Below, piece after piece: positions 52,301 to 64,000 of a stretch of 64,000 nt of DNA. The notes under the pieces were generated by a model. It was given only the letters and a program-made list of their open reading frames with translations, did no database searches and had not been told where the DNA came from. The DNA is from Octopus bimaculoides. Lineage: Eukaryota. A program made the position numbers and the translations under genes. The first letter of the stretch is position 1. The number at the start of each line of letters is the position of its first letter. The stretch lies in the NCBI RefSeq assembly GCF_001194135.2, contig NC_068993.1:63093992-63157991 (forward strand), given 5' to 3'.

Positions 52301-52843
52301 CATAATTTCGCAAGAGCTCAACAAGTGCAATTGACATAAGTGTAGAATAGCGTCGGCAAAAGTGAAAGTATTTGCAAAACTTAGAGTATCTGATTAAAGT
52401 TAAATCGGTGCGATAGACTGGGAAAAACGATAAATTAATATTTGTCTTACTTTCTTAAAATAGAAACTGTGGATATTGGTCTTGGAATCCTGAACAGTAT
52501 TCATGGAGATCGAATGAAGACAGCATAAAACTACTTTGACTTCATCTGTGTTTATTTGTTGATAGTCATCGGAGCCGATAAAGTTGTGCTTTTACTTTAC
52601 AGTCTGTATCCACCCCACCCCCCACTATAACGTGTGTGCATGTTATCGAAATTAATAATCTAATTTTCAAGTATAATTTTTCGATTCATTTTTCCATCTT
52701 TATAATCATTGAGTTTATTTGTTTACGTTTTTTTTTTTTATTTAAAAATCAGAAAAGCCCTTCATTTCGTATTTTTTAAAAATATTTCTTAAGATTGCTG
52801 TTGCTGCTACTACTACTACTACTAATAATAATAATAATAACCT

Positions 52844-53211
52844 GGTAATCTTCCAGTTTCGAGAGGTTAAAAAAGTAAATAAAATACAAGGGAAATAACT
52901 GAACGTCTTACCAGTATTATCCGTACTACTTTGTTTATAGATAAATCACGTGATTTGATTGACGTTAACTGTTTGTATATAAATCACGTGATTGAATATC
53001 ATAGTTTCTTATGAGAAATCGAAAATTCCTCGTGGAAGACCGGCTGCACAATATCTAACCCCTAACCCTAACCCTAAACTTTAAAAAAAAAAAATTCCGT
53101 CGCATGCTGTTTTAGAGAAAAAGTAGTACGGATAATACTGGTAAATCGTTCAGTCATTTCCCTTGAATATTTTTATTTATTTCTTTTACCTCTCGAAACT
53201 GGAAAATTACC
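52844..53211. mobile_element. Non-autonomous DNA transposon (MITE), ~90-bp TIRs, 8-bp TSD; Merlin-like termini
   Basis: GGTAAT(C/T)TTCCAGTTTCGAGAGGT...TTACCAGTATTATCCGTACTACTTT at both ends in inverted orientation; AATAACCT duplicated at 52836-52843 and 53212-53219. Confidence 0.85.
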
Positions 53212-54107
53212 AATAACCTTATAAAAAGAACACAATTCTTGTATATTCCGATGTTTTTTTTTTGGTGGTGGTGGGGGGGGTCTAGAGTCAACACTTTAAA
53301 ATCTTGCTCCTCCAAAGCCCACCATGTTCTCTATACATTTTACTTTACAAGACTCGCATACAAACACGTTATACATACATGCAGATAGTTAGATAAATAG
53401 ATATAGCTGTGCTGTGTGTGTGATAATCGAGGTAGAAAGATCAATAGATAAAACAGAAATGTGTCTGCTATGCAACGTCAGGTGTCGATTTGACACTGAC
53501 TTGTGTTTGATAGCCTAAGTCTGTCAATGATTAAAAACAAAAGAGAAAGGAAGAACTATTCTGGCTCAGTGTACATGTATAATAAGCACAGCCTTTCACA
53601 TATAGATACCTGTGTGTATGTAAGACCCGGGGACGATTCCTTCGACTAAAGGTAGTACTCCAGCATGACCGCAGCCAAATGACTGCATAAAGTCGTCTAA
53701 AAATCCATAAGTCGGGGAAAATATGCACTTGTCTGTCAATAGGGTGGGTGCTATCCTCTGAAGGGTTTGTGTACCCCCTTGCTATCTAATGTCAGGTTAT
53801 CTAATACCCAGTGCGAAAATTATTGATAACATCAGCTGAAATGGATCTCCAATACTATATCAAATATAATATCATGCACTCCTGAGCTATTAAAATTATC
53901 TTTGCCTCTGGCAAAATGTATCATTATCACCAAATGGTAATTGAGACTATCTCCACTTGGGAAGGGGAGATAATCTCGAAAATCAAGAATATTTTTGAAA
54001 TTGACATTCTATTAAAGTAAAAGACAGTCTTAATGTCTGCAGATAAGAGGACAGTCGTGGACAGGTTTTCTGACTCAATAGGCATTGTGTCGATGACGCC
54101 TATATAC

Positions 54108-54141
<34 letters not shown>

Positions 54142-54663
54142 GCTGCAAGAGATGCCTATCAATGCCATATTTGTATAAAAGGGTGTTGGTCTCTTGTGAG
54201 ACTGAAAAGCCACATACCTGTTGTTCAGGTTCAAGAGAACAATCAGGTAAAAGGTTTTGCTCGAAACAGCTCTGCAGTTATTGGGGGGGAGCAGGGTGTG
54301 TGTGTGCTTTGGAGTAGATTTTTCCAATCTCTTGAAAACCATTCAGCAACTGCATTGCTCCACCTGTTTATGAGTCTTGCAACATGTCTAGCCCAGCAGA
54401 ATTCTGTGGTCATCTCATTCGGTTTGCTCTGTTCTCAAATTACCTCATTTCAGATATACTCCCACAATGATATTCCTAGCATGGGTCTTTCTATGGGCTT
54501 GGCGTTAGGAAGGGCATCGGACTGTAGAAACATTGCCAGATCAGACTGGGGCCTGGTGCAGCCGCTGGCTCTCCAGACCTGTCAAACTGTCCAACCCATG
54601 CCAGCATGGAAAACGGATGTTAAACGATGATGATGATATATATGTGTGTGTGTGTGTGTGTGT

Positions 54664-55038
54664 GGAGGTGTAATGGCCCAGTGGTTAAGGCAGCGGACTC
54701 ATGGTCATAGGATTGCTGTTTCGATTCCCAGACTGGGTGTTGTGTTTATTGAGCGAAAACACTTAAAGCTCCACGAGGCTCTGGCAGGGGGTGGTGGCGA
54801 ACCCTGCAGTACTCTTTCACCACAACTTTCTCTCAAGCTTTCTTCCTGTTTCTGTTGTACCTGTATTTCAAAGGGCCAGCTTTGTCATACTCTGTGTCAC
54901 GCTGAATATCCCCGAGAACTACGTTGAGGGTACACGTGTCTGTGGAGTGCTCAGCCACTTGCACGTTAATTTCACGAGCAGGCTGTTCCGTTGATCGGAT
55001 CAACTGGAACCCTCGTCATTGTAACTGATGGAGTGCCA
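54664..55038 (+). mobile_element. Third tRNA-headed SINE family
   Basis: A box TGGCCCAGTGG, B-box-like GTTTCGATTCC; 3' domain GTGTCTGTGGAGTGCTCAGCCACTTGCACGTTAATTTCACGAGCAG also at ~18380-18495 and ~62125-62215. Confidence 0.75.
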
Positions 55039-55149
55039 TAATGTATTTGTATGCATATGTGTACATGCGTATGTATATATATATATGTATTTTATTCTTT
55101 TACTTGTTTCAGTTATTTGACTGGCCATGCTAGAGCACCACCTTAAAGG

Positions 55150-55315
55150 GTATGGTCATGTGATGCATATGAATGAGGTTATGTGATGCATATGAATGAG
55201 GTTAACTCTGTGGAGGGAACTTGTAGTAGAGGTAGGTCGAAGAAGACATGAGATGAAGTAGTGAAGCATGATCTTCGAACTTTGAGCCTCAGAGGCATTG
55301 ACTTGTGATTGAGAT
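55150..55315 (+). mobile_element. Inverted C-terminal piece of the RTE ORF
   Basis: + strand reads GHVMHMNE...VEGTCSRGRSKKT*DEVVKHDLRTLSL, the segment expected after WSGHVM. Confidence 0.7.
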
Positions 55316-56215
55316 CTCATCCATACACATCACATGACCAGACCAGCACAGTTGTCTCTCTCGCACACCACATCTGATGCCTCTCATGCTTAACTTTTCT
55401 CTTAAGATGTTTACACTCTGTTGAACACGCACACTGACATTGCACACCCAGCGGAGTATGCTGGCTTCATTTCTTTCAAGCCTACACATGTCCTCAGGTA
55501 GTCACAACCCATGTTTCACTGCCATGTAGCATAGCTGTATGCACATAGGCATCATACAATCTGCCTTTCACTCTGGGAGAGAGGCCCTTTGTTGCTAGCA
55601 GCGGTAGGAGCTTTCTGAACTTTGCCCAACCTAATCTTACTCTCACACTTCCACTATTAACTTGGTCACCTAGAAAACGAAAGCTATCTACTACCTCTAG
55701 CTTACCCCACTGACAGTTGATGGAGTCTATTTTCTGTACATTTTCAACATTTATTGTACCTGTGCATCTTCCGCATACGAAAGCTGTTTTCCCTGTTAGC
55801 CTTCCTCTGATGTTGCTGCACCTTTTATGTGTCCAAAGCTTATACTGGGTGCATCTTATGGACTTTCTACCTATGCCTTTTCTACATATTGAGCCAGGTC
55901 CTCTACCTGAAGGCATTTGTGATTTGTCTGCCTTTCTTCTTAGTATGAGTTTGGCTTTTGCTAGGTTAACTCTAAGGCCCTTTGATTCTAGACCTTGCTT
56001 CCATACCTGGTACTTCTTCTGTAGTTCTGGTAGTGATTCAGCTATAAGAGCAAGGTCATCAGCAGAGAGGAGCTCCCAAAGGCAGCCTGTCTTAAATTCC
56101 TCTATTATTGCCTGGAGGACTATGATGAACAAGAGGGGGCTAAGGACAGATCCTTGGTGAGCCCCTACTTCTGCCCTGAATTCTGCACTGTACTCATTGC
56201 CAACCTTCACCTTAC
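55316..56215 (-). mobile_element. RTE-clade LINE reverse transcriptase fragment, 5'-truncated and decayed
   Basis: VGAHQGSVLSPLLFIIVL, LLSADDL (YADD to SADD), GLRVNLAK, VVDSFRFLGD, MLHGSETW, ILRWVCNV, WSGHVM; frameshift near 55494. Confidence 0.9.
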
Positions 56216-56414
56216 TATATATATATATATCTGTGTGGTGGTCTTTGTGTCTGTTTGTCCCCCCCCCCCACAACCACTTGACAACTGGTGTTGGTATGTT
56301 TACATCCTCATAACTTAGCTGTTCGGCAAGAGAAACCGTTTGTCAGGTACGGTGGTCTTGAGTCACTATGTTACTCTCTATCTATCTCACTATTTGTCTA
56401 TCTATTTGCCTCCC

Positions 56415-56451
<37 letters not shown>

Positions 56452-57174
56452 ACTACCACTATCATCATCTACACGTCCCCCATCAATACTAGTATTAGTG
56501 CAACTACTGCCATCACCAACAATAACAACATCAATAATTTTGTACCAAAAAAGCAACTCCATCTAAAATTAAAGACAATCACAAGATATTTTGGTTCCCC
56601 AGTGTATTTTAAAAGTTGAATGAAATGTTTTAAATCTTGGTCATATGAACTTTAATCTTATTTTATAAATTATTTTCATTTAAGGGAGGTGGGTTTAGGG
56701 TTGAGTTTTTGCCAGTGCGGACATTAATGCTTCTTTGAATTCTCTCTGATTCATGCAGACACTGGAAAAGTGGACATTAGTATGATGACTTTCAGAAACA
56801 TTTTTTCCTGCTCAGAATTGCTGAAGCATGGAATAAACTACTTGCATTAGTTGTTAGCTGTCTGGACCCTACATCCCTTAAAATAGCAGTTTAAGCGGGG
56901 GCTGATGTAAGCAACGGTTGTTTCTAATAAACTCTGTGTGGCTTTGTGCCTAAGTTGGCTATTGTAATAATAATAATAATAAGTATATTTTATTTGCTAC
57001 AAAGGCAACCGACGAAAAGGGGATTTCAAGGATGAATAATGAAAATGGTGGCAGTTTACATAAAATCAGTTATGTGAGAAGGTAGGTCCTGGAAAATACA
57101 AGTGTACAAAAGGGCTGAAGTAAGATATCCCAACAGAGGGACAGTCTCTTCAAGAAAAACTCCACACAACATAG

Positions 57175-57335
57175 GTGCAGGAGTGGCTGTGTGGTAAGTA
57201 GCTTGCTTACCAACCACATGGTCCCGGGTTCAGTCCCACTGCGTGGCACCTTGGGCAAGTGTCTTCTACTATAGCCTCGGGCTGACAAAAGCCTTGTGAG
57301 TGGATTTGGTGGACGGAAACTGAAAGAAGCCCTTC

Positions 57336-57419
<84 letters not shown>

Positions 57420-57650
57420 GTATGTATGTGTGTATATATGTTTGTTTGTCTGTGTTTGTTCCCCCAACATCACTTGACAACCGATGCTGGTGTGTTTACG
57501 TCCCCGTAACTTAGCAGTTGGGCAAAAGACACTGATAGAATAAGTACTAGGCTTCCAAAGAATAAGTCCTGGGGTCGATTTGCTCGACTAAAAGCAGTGC
57601 ACCAGCATGGCCACAGTCAAATGACTGAAACAAGTAAAGGAGTAAAGAGA
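57175..57650 (+). mobile_element. Near full-length tRNA-derived octopus SINE with internal (TA)n
   Basis: A box TGGCTGTGTGG, B box GGTTCAGTCC; body GGCACCTTGGGCAAGTGTCTTCTACTATAGCC; tail ATGACTGAAACAAGTAAA. Family members at ~10175-10335, 22055-22470, 34340-34685, 43490-43855, 45635-46060 (-), 46110-46270, 56215-56345, 61100-61460. Confidence 0.85.
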
Positions 57651-60074
57651 GAGTACAACTATGATTACTCTGACTAGCCCTGTCCAAAATGTTTTCTCTG
57701 ACATCCGGATTGTATGCTGAGAATAGATCCGTCCATGGAGGCCGTTGTTGCAGATTCACTGGAGAACAGAACTTCACCTTCCTCTCCGCAACTTGAAGTT
57801 TCTTAAAGTGCTTTGTTTAAAGTAGAACATTTCTCTTCTCAGGCGTTTCAATCTTGTTCACCATAGAATATATTTTGGTTACGACCACTTAGAAGAAGAG
57901 ATCTGCATACCTTTCCTGTCAGGTAGACTTGTTCTAATTTCTGAAATAGTTGACCATCAAAGCAAATGAGGTTCATTATTATATTTTCAACTCTCTATAT
58001 TTTGTGTTTGAATTCTTCAGGCTTCCTTTGGCATTTCACCATTTTGTGTGCCAAAAATACGTGTGCCATTGAGCATTTTCAGGCTTGAATCAATCAACAC
58101 TACATCATCTTTCTTCCTCACAAAAGCCACTTCTGTAGTTGTGAATTGGCAAAACTGCTAAGGTTTCGGCCAAAATGCCTGCCTTGTTTATTTCTGATCC
58201 CTTCAATCCCTGAAAATCATTTCAATGTAAAGTGCTGATTTAAAGTACCAGTGATAAACTGACTCTATTTAATATTGCTATAGAGTACCCACGATGAAGA
58301 TATGTCAAGTTTATGAAGGCAATATGGCTTGCTGAAAATGCTAGTACCGTTTTTTGGTAGATATTGATGAACATCATCATCATTTAACATCTGTTTTCTA
58401 TACTGGCATGGGTTGAGCAGTTTAGCAGGAGCTGGCAATTGGAGAGCTCCACCAAGCTCCAGTTGTCTGTTTTGACTTAGTTTATATGGCTGGATGCCCT
58501 TCCTAAAGCCAACCACTCTACAGAGTGTACTGGGTGCTTTATACATGGCACCAGCACACATGCTTTCAATGTGGTATCATCATGAGAATAACCATGAAAT
58601 TTAATTTCAACCCCCAGTCCACTCAGCTGGCAAAAGTGAGTAACGCTGCGATGGACTGGCGTCCCGTCCAGGAGGGGAATATGTATGCCATTGAAACTGG
58701 GAAACCGGCCCTTGTGAATTGGTACAACTCGAGAAGGAATGCTTTTACACACATATATGTGTGTATTTCTATTTTCCTTTACTCTCTTCTTTCTCTCTCT
58801 CTCCCTCCTCCTCTGCCCCACTTACCAATTATGTCTTGCTTTCTAACCAGCCTCTTGACTTTCTTAGCTTCAGTCTTTCCAAGGAGAATGGATGCTGGGT
58901 TTATTCTTTTGGCTTTGGAATAAAAGGAAATAACAAAAATATCCTACCATCAACTGAAGCATACCTAAACACACACACACACACACACATATATATGGAG
59001 TGTGTGTGTGTGTATGTATAATGTTTTGTATGCATACATATCTATCTTAGTATGAACCATCAGTACCTTACCTTAACCGATATTGATTACCTTTCATAGG
59101 GTTTTTTTCTCACCTCACCTGTAGGTGTTGATGAGCCACTGATCACTTTACCTGTCGAGGAAATTTACTTTGGATGGTATTCAATTAAGTGCTAATCAGA
59201 CTTAACGAATATTGCTAAAGATGTCAGTTAAAGACACGCTCTGTAAAAATTAATCAATTATCAACATACATCAGTTGGTTCCGACAAGAGGGAGAGGAAG
59301 AAGAGGAAGCAGGTAATAAGCTACATTCACGGAACATCCTTCGTTCTTTCTTTCTTTCTTTCACCGTCATTCTTACTCTCTCTCTCCTCTCATTCTTTCT
59401 CCCTGCTGTCTCTTTCTTATTCTATTCCCCCCTCTCTCTCTCTTTCTCTTCTACTTACTGTCATGCATGTATCTAATCACACACCCCACACACACACACC
59501 TTTGCATTAAAATTGATTTTTATTCAATTTTTCTGTTTGTTCAGTTGGCTGTGAACCCAGGATGAAAATGTTTTAGTTGGCTGGCTGGATTTGAAATTAC
59601 TTTGTTCTTTGACACTTTCATTAACCCTTGGCAGGAACGAAATAACTACAAACCATTCATCACCTTATTCCAGCCTCTCACAGCTATTACAATGTTTCAT
59701 TAAACAGCTTAGCAGCTGCTAAGTGATGTTTAGTCTCACATCAACCTTGATTGAACAAACCTATCATTGCAGATATTTCAACTTTAATCATCTCAATTTC
59801 TTTTCTCCAAACCTAGTGTGTCTAACATTGCATCCAGTGTGGCCATCCTTTTTTCAAACTGATATAGTGTCATTCTGGAATGATTTTGCTATTCTTTCCA
59901 ACAGGTTGAGTATAGAATCTCCTACATAGAGTTTTTTCAGACCTGCTCTAACTATTGAACATATAACAATTTTGATAGGGGTTTCTGCATATGAATGTGG
60001 TTGTGTGTGATCTTTATTGTTGAAGGACAGTAGATTTAAGTGTTAGAGCAATGGATTCAACGATGGATCAGGGG

Positions 60075-60288
60075 ATTACCCTTTAGCATTTAAACTGGTC
60101 ATATCTGGCTCAAATATTTCACCTGTTTTATGTTCAAACTGACCAGATCTGGCTTCTCACACCATACCCTACAATATCATAAACATAAACAGTCTCATCA
60201 TCAAAATCTCGAATGCATAATTAATTCAAGACAATGGGAATAAACAAACATTACACTTGACAGACTAATCCGAATACTAAAAGGTTAA
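60075..60288. mobile_element. piggyBac-like MITE, same family, opposite orientation
   Basis: CCCTTTAGCATTTAAAC ... AATACTAAAAGG-TTAA; interior homologous to 17121-17317. Further decayed copies at ~4751-4890, ~27615-27770, ~28200-28396, ~29514-29730. Confidence 0.7.
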
Positions 60289-62220
60289 ATGATCAGCAGA
60301 TTAAATCACAGATCAGTGGGTTAAATAGCAGATTTTAATTGACTCTACTCATTGATTTGCTATAAAAGCTGGAATGGAACTTAAAAAAAAAAACTAGAAA
60401 ACGTTCAGGTTTTATGATGAGTTGCTACGTGAAGAATGGGAATGTGTTACGGAACCTGCTTTTGTAGCATATATTGAATCACGACAATTATGCCGTTCCA
60501 GTAACAATGGTCTTTTGTTGTTCTACCCCAGTTGTTTTGCATGTCAGCGAAAGAGTCATTCGGTGTAGTGGAACAAGTGGATGGGGGTCGAAGCTTTGTG
60601 CCATAGACAAAAAGAAAAAAAAAATACCTCATTCTCGTTTAAATCAACTTGAATTTTGGTTTGGGATTTTTACTCCTTTTTTTAATTGTTTTTTATCTTT
60701 TTGAAATCAAGACAACATGAATATTTCAAACTTCCTTCCATTAAACTCCACCTTTGATAAACAATAATTAGCAGAAATAAGTTCCCAGCCCTATTCAAAG
60801 AGATATACAAGCACCAATAATTTTCCTATGCATAAGAAATTAATCATTATTACATTAGGGAAGTTGCCAACAAATTGTGATTAATCACATGACATACAAC
60901 CGTATCTGTCACTAATGGCTATATACCCACACCTACCCTTTTTATTTGTCTCTGTTTTTCTGTTTTTTTTTTTTATCTTGCTCTTCACGACTGTTACTTT
61001 TCTGTTGTTCAGAACAACTAAAGCTCACAGAAAGCTAATCTTCCTAATTACAGGAAACCACAGGCCTAGGGCTTATCTCTCACTTTTGTAGTGTTATAGG
61101 TGCAAGTATGGTTATGTGGTTAAGAAGCATGCTTTGCAACCGTGTGGTTTTGAGTTCAGGCACACTGCATGGCACTTTGAGCAAGTGTTTTCTACTAGAA
61201 TCCCTGACTGACCATTGCCTTGTGAGTGAATGTGGTAAAAGGAGAATCTTTGGAAACCTATTGCGTGTGTGTGTGTGTGTGCACGCCTGCCCTACCCCCA
61301 TTGTTGCTTGACGACCAGTGTTTGTTTGTTTATGTCCCCATAACTTAGCAGTTCAGCCAAAGAGACTGATGCAATAAGTATCAAACTTAAAAGGCAAATA
61401 CTTGAGTCAGTCTAAATTCTTTAAGGTGGTGCTGCAACATGGCCACAGTCTAAAATGACATGAAATTTCTTCCTGGCTAAAAGACTGGTCTCCTGCAAGT
61501 AGTCTTGTGCTTGGAATTGAGTCCTGAACTGGATACCAATGTGTCTGCCATTAATTCTACTATACAGCCATTTTATCACACCAGGCAAATTACATTACCC
61601 ACAATAGCTATTTAGACTTAGGTGGATTTGGCCATTTAGAATTTAGTGCCTTATCCATAGATACAAGGCAGTAACGCCGACAGGAATCAAATCACTGAAT
61701 TCTTGAACAGCTGCAGTTGTTTAGCATCAGATTGTCTCTGATTCAATTGGTATACAATCAAACATATCCTCACCATGTCTCATCTTTATTCTAGAAATTG
61801 TGTATCTAACTCATATTGTGCATGTCCAACATATGTCATTTAAGAAGATACAGATCAATTTGAGAATGATTTTTCTGCTATTTCTAGGAGGTAGGACAAT
61901 CATGGGAGACCTCTTTGTTGTCTCTTGAATGGTTGTGCCACATCATATTGGTTCTGCCATTTGAATTCATAGAGAAGAGAGAGAGATTTACTGTAAGGAA
62001 AGAAATGGAAATCGTTTTGAAATTACAAGTCAGCTAACTTGTGTTTTAGTTCAACAAGTTTATATTCTGTCCCCCACCCCAGCTCTCTAATGCGTGTCTT
62101 GGTACTGATATTTGACTAAAGAGCTACGTTGTGGGTATGTGTGTCTGCATGTTAATTTCACAAGCAGGCCAGATCAACTGGAACCCTCATTGTTGTAACC
62201 GATGAAGTGCTAGTTAATAA

Positions 62221-62224
62221 CTAG

Positions 62225-62292
<68 letters not shown>
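62221..62292. repeat. (GATA)n followed by (GA)n microsatellite
   Basis: Visible. Confidence 0.9.
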
Positions 62293-62297
<5 letters not shown>

Positions 62298-63187
62298 CCT
62301 GACTTAGGGACTCTTAGACGACTTACACACACATGCTTCCATATTCTGTGGAGTATATTGCAATAGATTGTCTGCATCTTGTGCCATATGGCTGCAATTC
62401 TTGGCAGTGTGCTCTACATAATCACCAAAGACTCACCATGGGTATTATACATCTATTACAATGGGACTGGAATTGTATGACCTAAAATATTCAACAAAGA
62501 ATATCCCAACTCCATTGAACGAGCTCTGTATAAGGCTGCTGCTACTGCTGTTGGAGATTTCATAATGGCTACCTCTGATGAGTGCAGGATTATATAATTG
62601 GACTTTTATCCAACTGAAGGGCTGCTGCAATAAGTGTGTGAATCTGAGAGGGGGAATATATTCAATAAAATCCTAATTAACTGATCCTCCTGTATTTTCT
62701 TTTACCCAAAGCCAGGAACATTTTACCATCTTCTCGTAGATTACAATAGCTTATTTTGATAGGGGTGAATGTCTTTCCCCAAAAGCTTAATTTAATCAGG
62801 GAGCAAAGGGAAAGATTTCATCAGGATATAAGAACAATAGAAGATAGGATGATCTCTTGATGGCAGATTATTAGGGAAGAACATTTAGTGGGGCAGTTTT
62901 GGTAAATCTTAATCTTGAATGGATTTTGAAAGAATCTTATCTACTGAATAACTGATAATCTTGTTTTATTCGTTGGCTCCAATTATTACAGATTCTCTTA
63001 TTGTGTATTCTGAGTTTTTGTGTTGAAATAAATTGATCAGGTGTTTATGTGTGTATTATATAACTGTTTAGATATAAATAATCTCCTGGATTCTTAGCCT
63101 TGAAGTCTTGTATAATAAATTGTTTTGTCCTCATCCAAGTCAAGTCTGATTAAGAAATCTACATACACCACACAAAATAGAACATCC

Positions 63188-63222
<35 letters not shown>

Positions 63223-64000
63223 TACATAATTTCAATTTGTTTTACACAAACTAGTCTGTTTGATTCATATCAGAATTTTGTTGTAAATAGATAAAAAAAA
63301 AAACCCCAAAAATCTACTGCAAAAAAAAATGAAAATAAAATTGGAATAAAGAGAGCAAAATCCCATTGAAGACAGCATCATTGCACCATTGTTGGAATAA
63401 GGAGCCTGTCTGCTCTTACTGTTGTCATCAGCTGTGATAATTCTCTTGCTAATTGCCTACAAACCTAATTAAAGCCTCAACACTTGCTAAGCAGCATAGA
63501 TTCTACTGTTAATGCCAAAATTGTTTTTTTTTTTAATCTTTTTTTTTCCCTAGTTTCTGCTATTCAGTTATCTTTTATGCTTTCTCAGAAGATCATTACT
63601 TGATTTGTTGTTCTACTACTACTACTATTATTATTATTATTATTATTATTGATTTTAATTCTTTGTAAAGGTTTTAGTTCTTTTTAGTGGCTGTTGTTGT
63701 TGTTAGTATATTCTTCACTTTCATCTTGTTTCTGTCTCATCATTTAATTTTATCCAGCTTTTCATTCTCCTTGACTTTCTCTCTATATTATTTTGGGTTA
63801 TTTTTGTTTTACTTCTAGTTTTTTTTGGTTGTTTTTCTTTTTTTTTTGTATTTTTTAAGGTGTATTTTCTTTTATTTACTACTTTCTCTGGAAATCAATA
63901 AATTTTCTTTGTGGAAAATTAAAATGACAAAAAGATTTTTTATTTTTGCAGTTTTTTAAGAAATATTTATTTTTTATCATTTTTCTTTTCTTCTTTTTAT

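Noticed and set aside
55717-56160. 147-aa + ORF
   Set aside because: Antisense shadow of the RTE RT.
57650-58260. Possible old transposase remnant
   Set aside because: Multiple stops and no identifiable motif.

Overview
AT-rich, microsatellite- and SINE-laden eukaryotic genomic DNA. The repeat families point to an octopus (coleoid cephalopod); the species is an inference. There are two protein-coding genes, arranged tail-to-tail. (1) The 3' part of CYFIP/Sra-1 lies on +, as 17 GT-AG exons from 445 to 14287 that join in frame to 705 aa plus stop; the 5' part is outside the window. (2) A complete WDR55 lies on -, as 7 coding exons from 40651 to 30873 (449 aa, with an acidic C-terminal tail). 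The rest is intronic or intergenic: tRNA-headed SINEs, (GAT)n-tailed RTE-type repeats, decayed RTE, CR1 and Penelope fragments, piggyBac-like and Merlin-like MITEs, microsatellites and a 10-N gap. The most interesting object is at 29960-30430, just downstream of WDR55. It is a tRNA-headed (Pol III A/B box) SINE whose 3' body contains a minimal type I hammerhead ribozyme of the Penelope/retrozyme kind. The body is present as two inverted copies inside one 11-bp direct repeat. All gene names and family assignments come from recalled sequence knowledge; no database searches were run.
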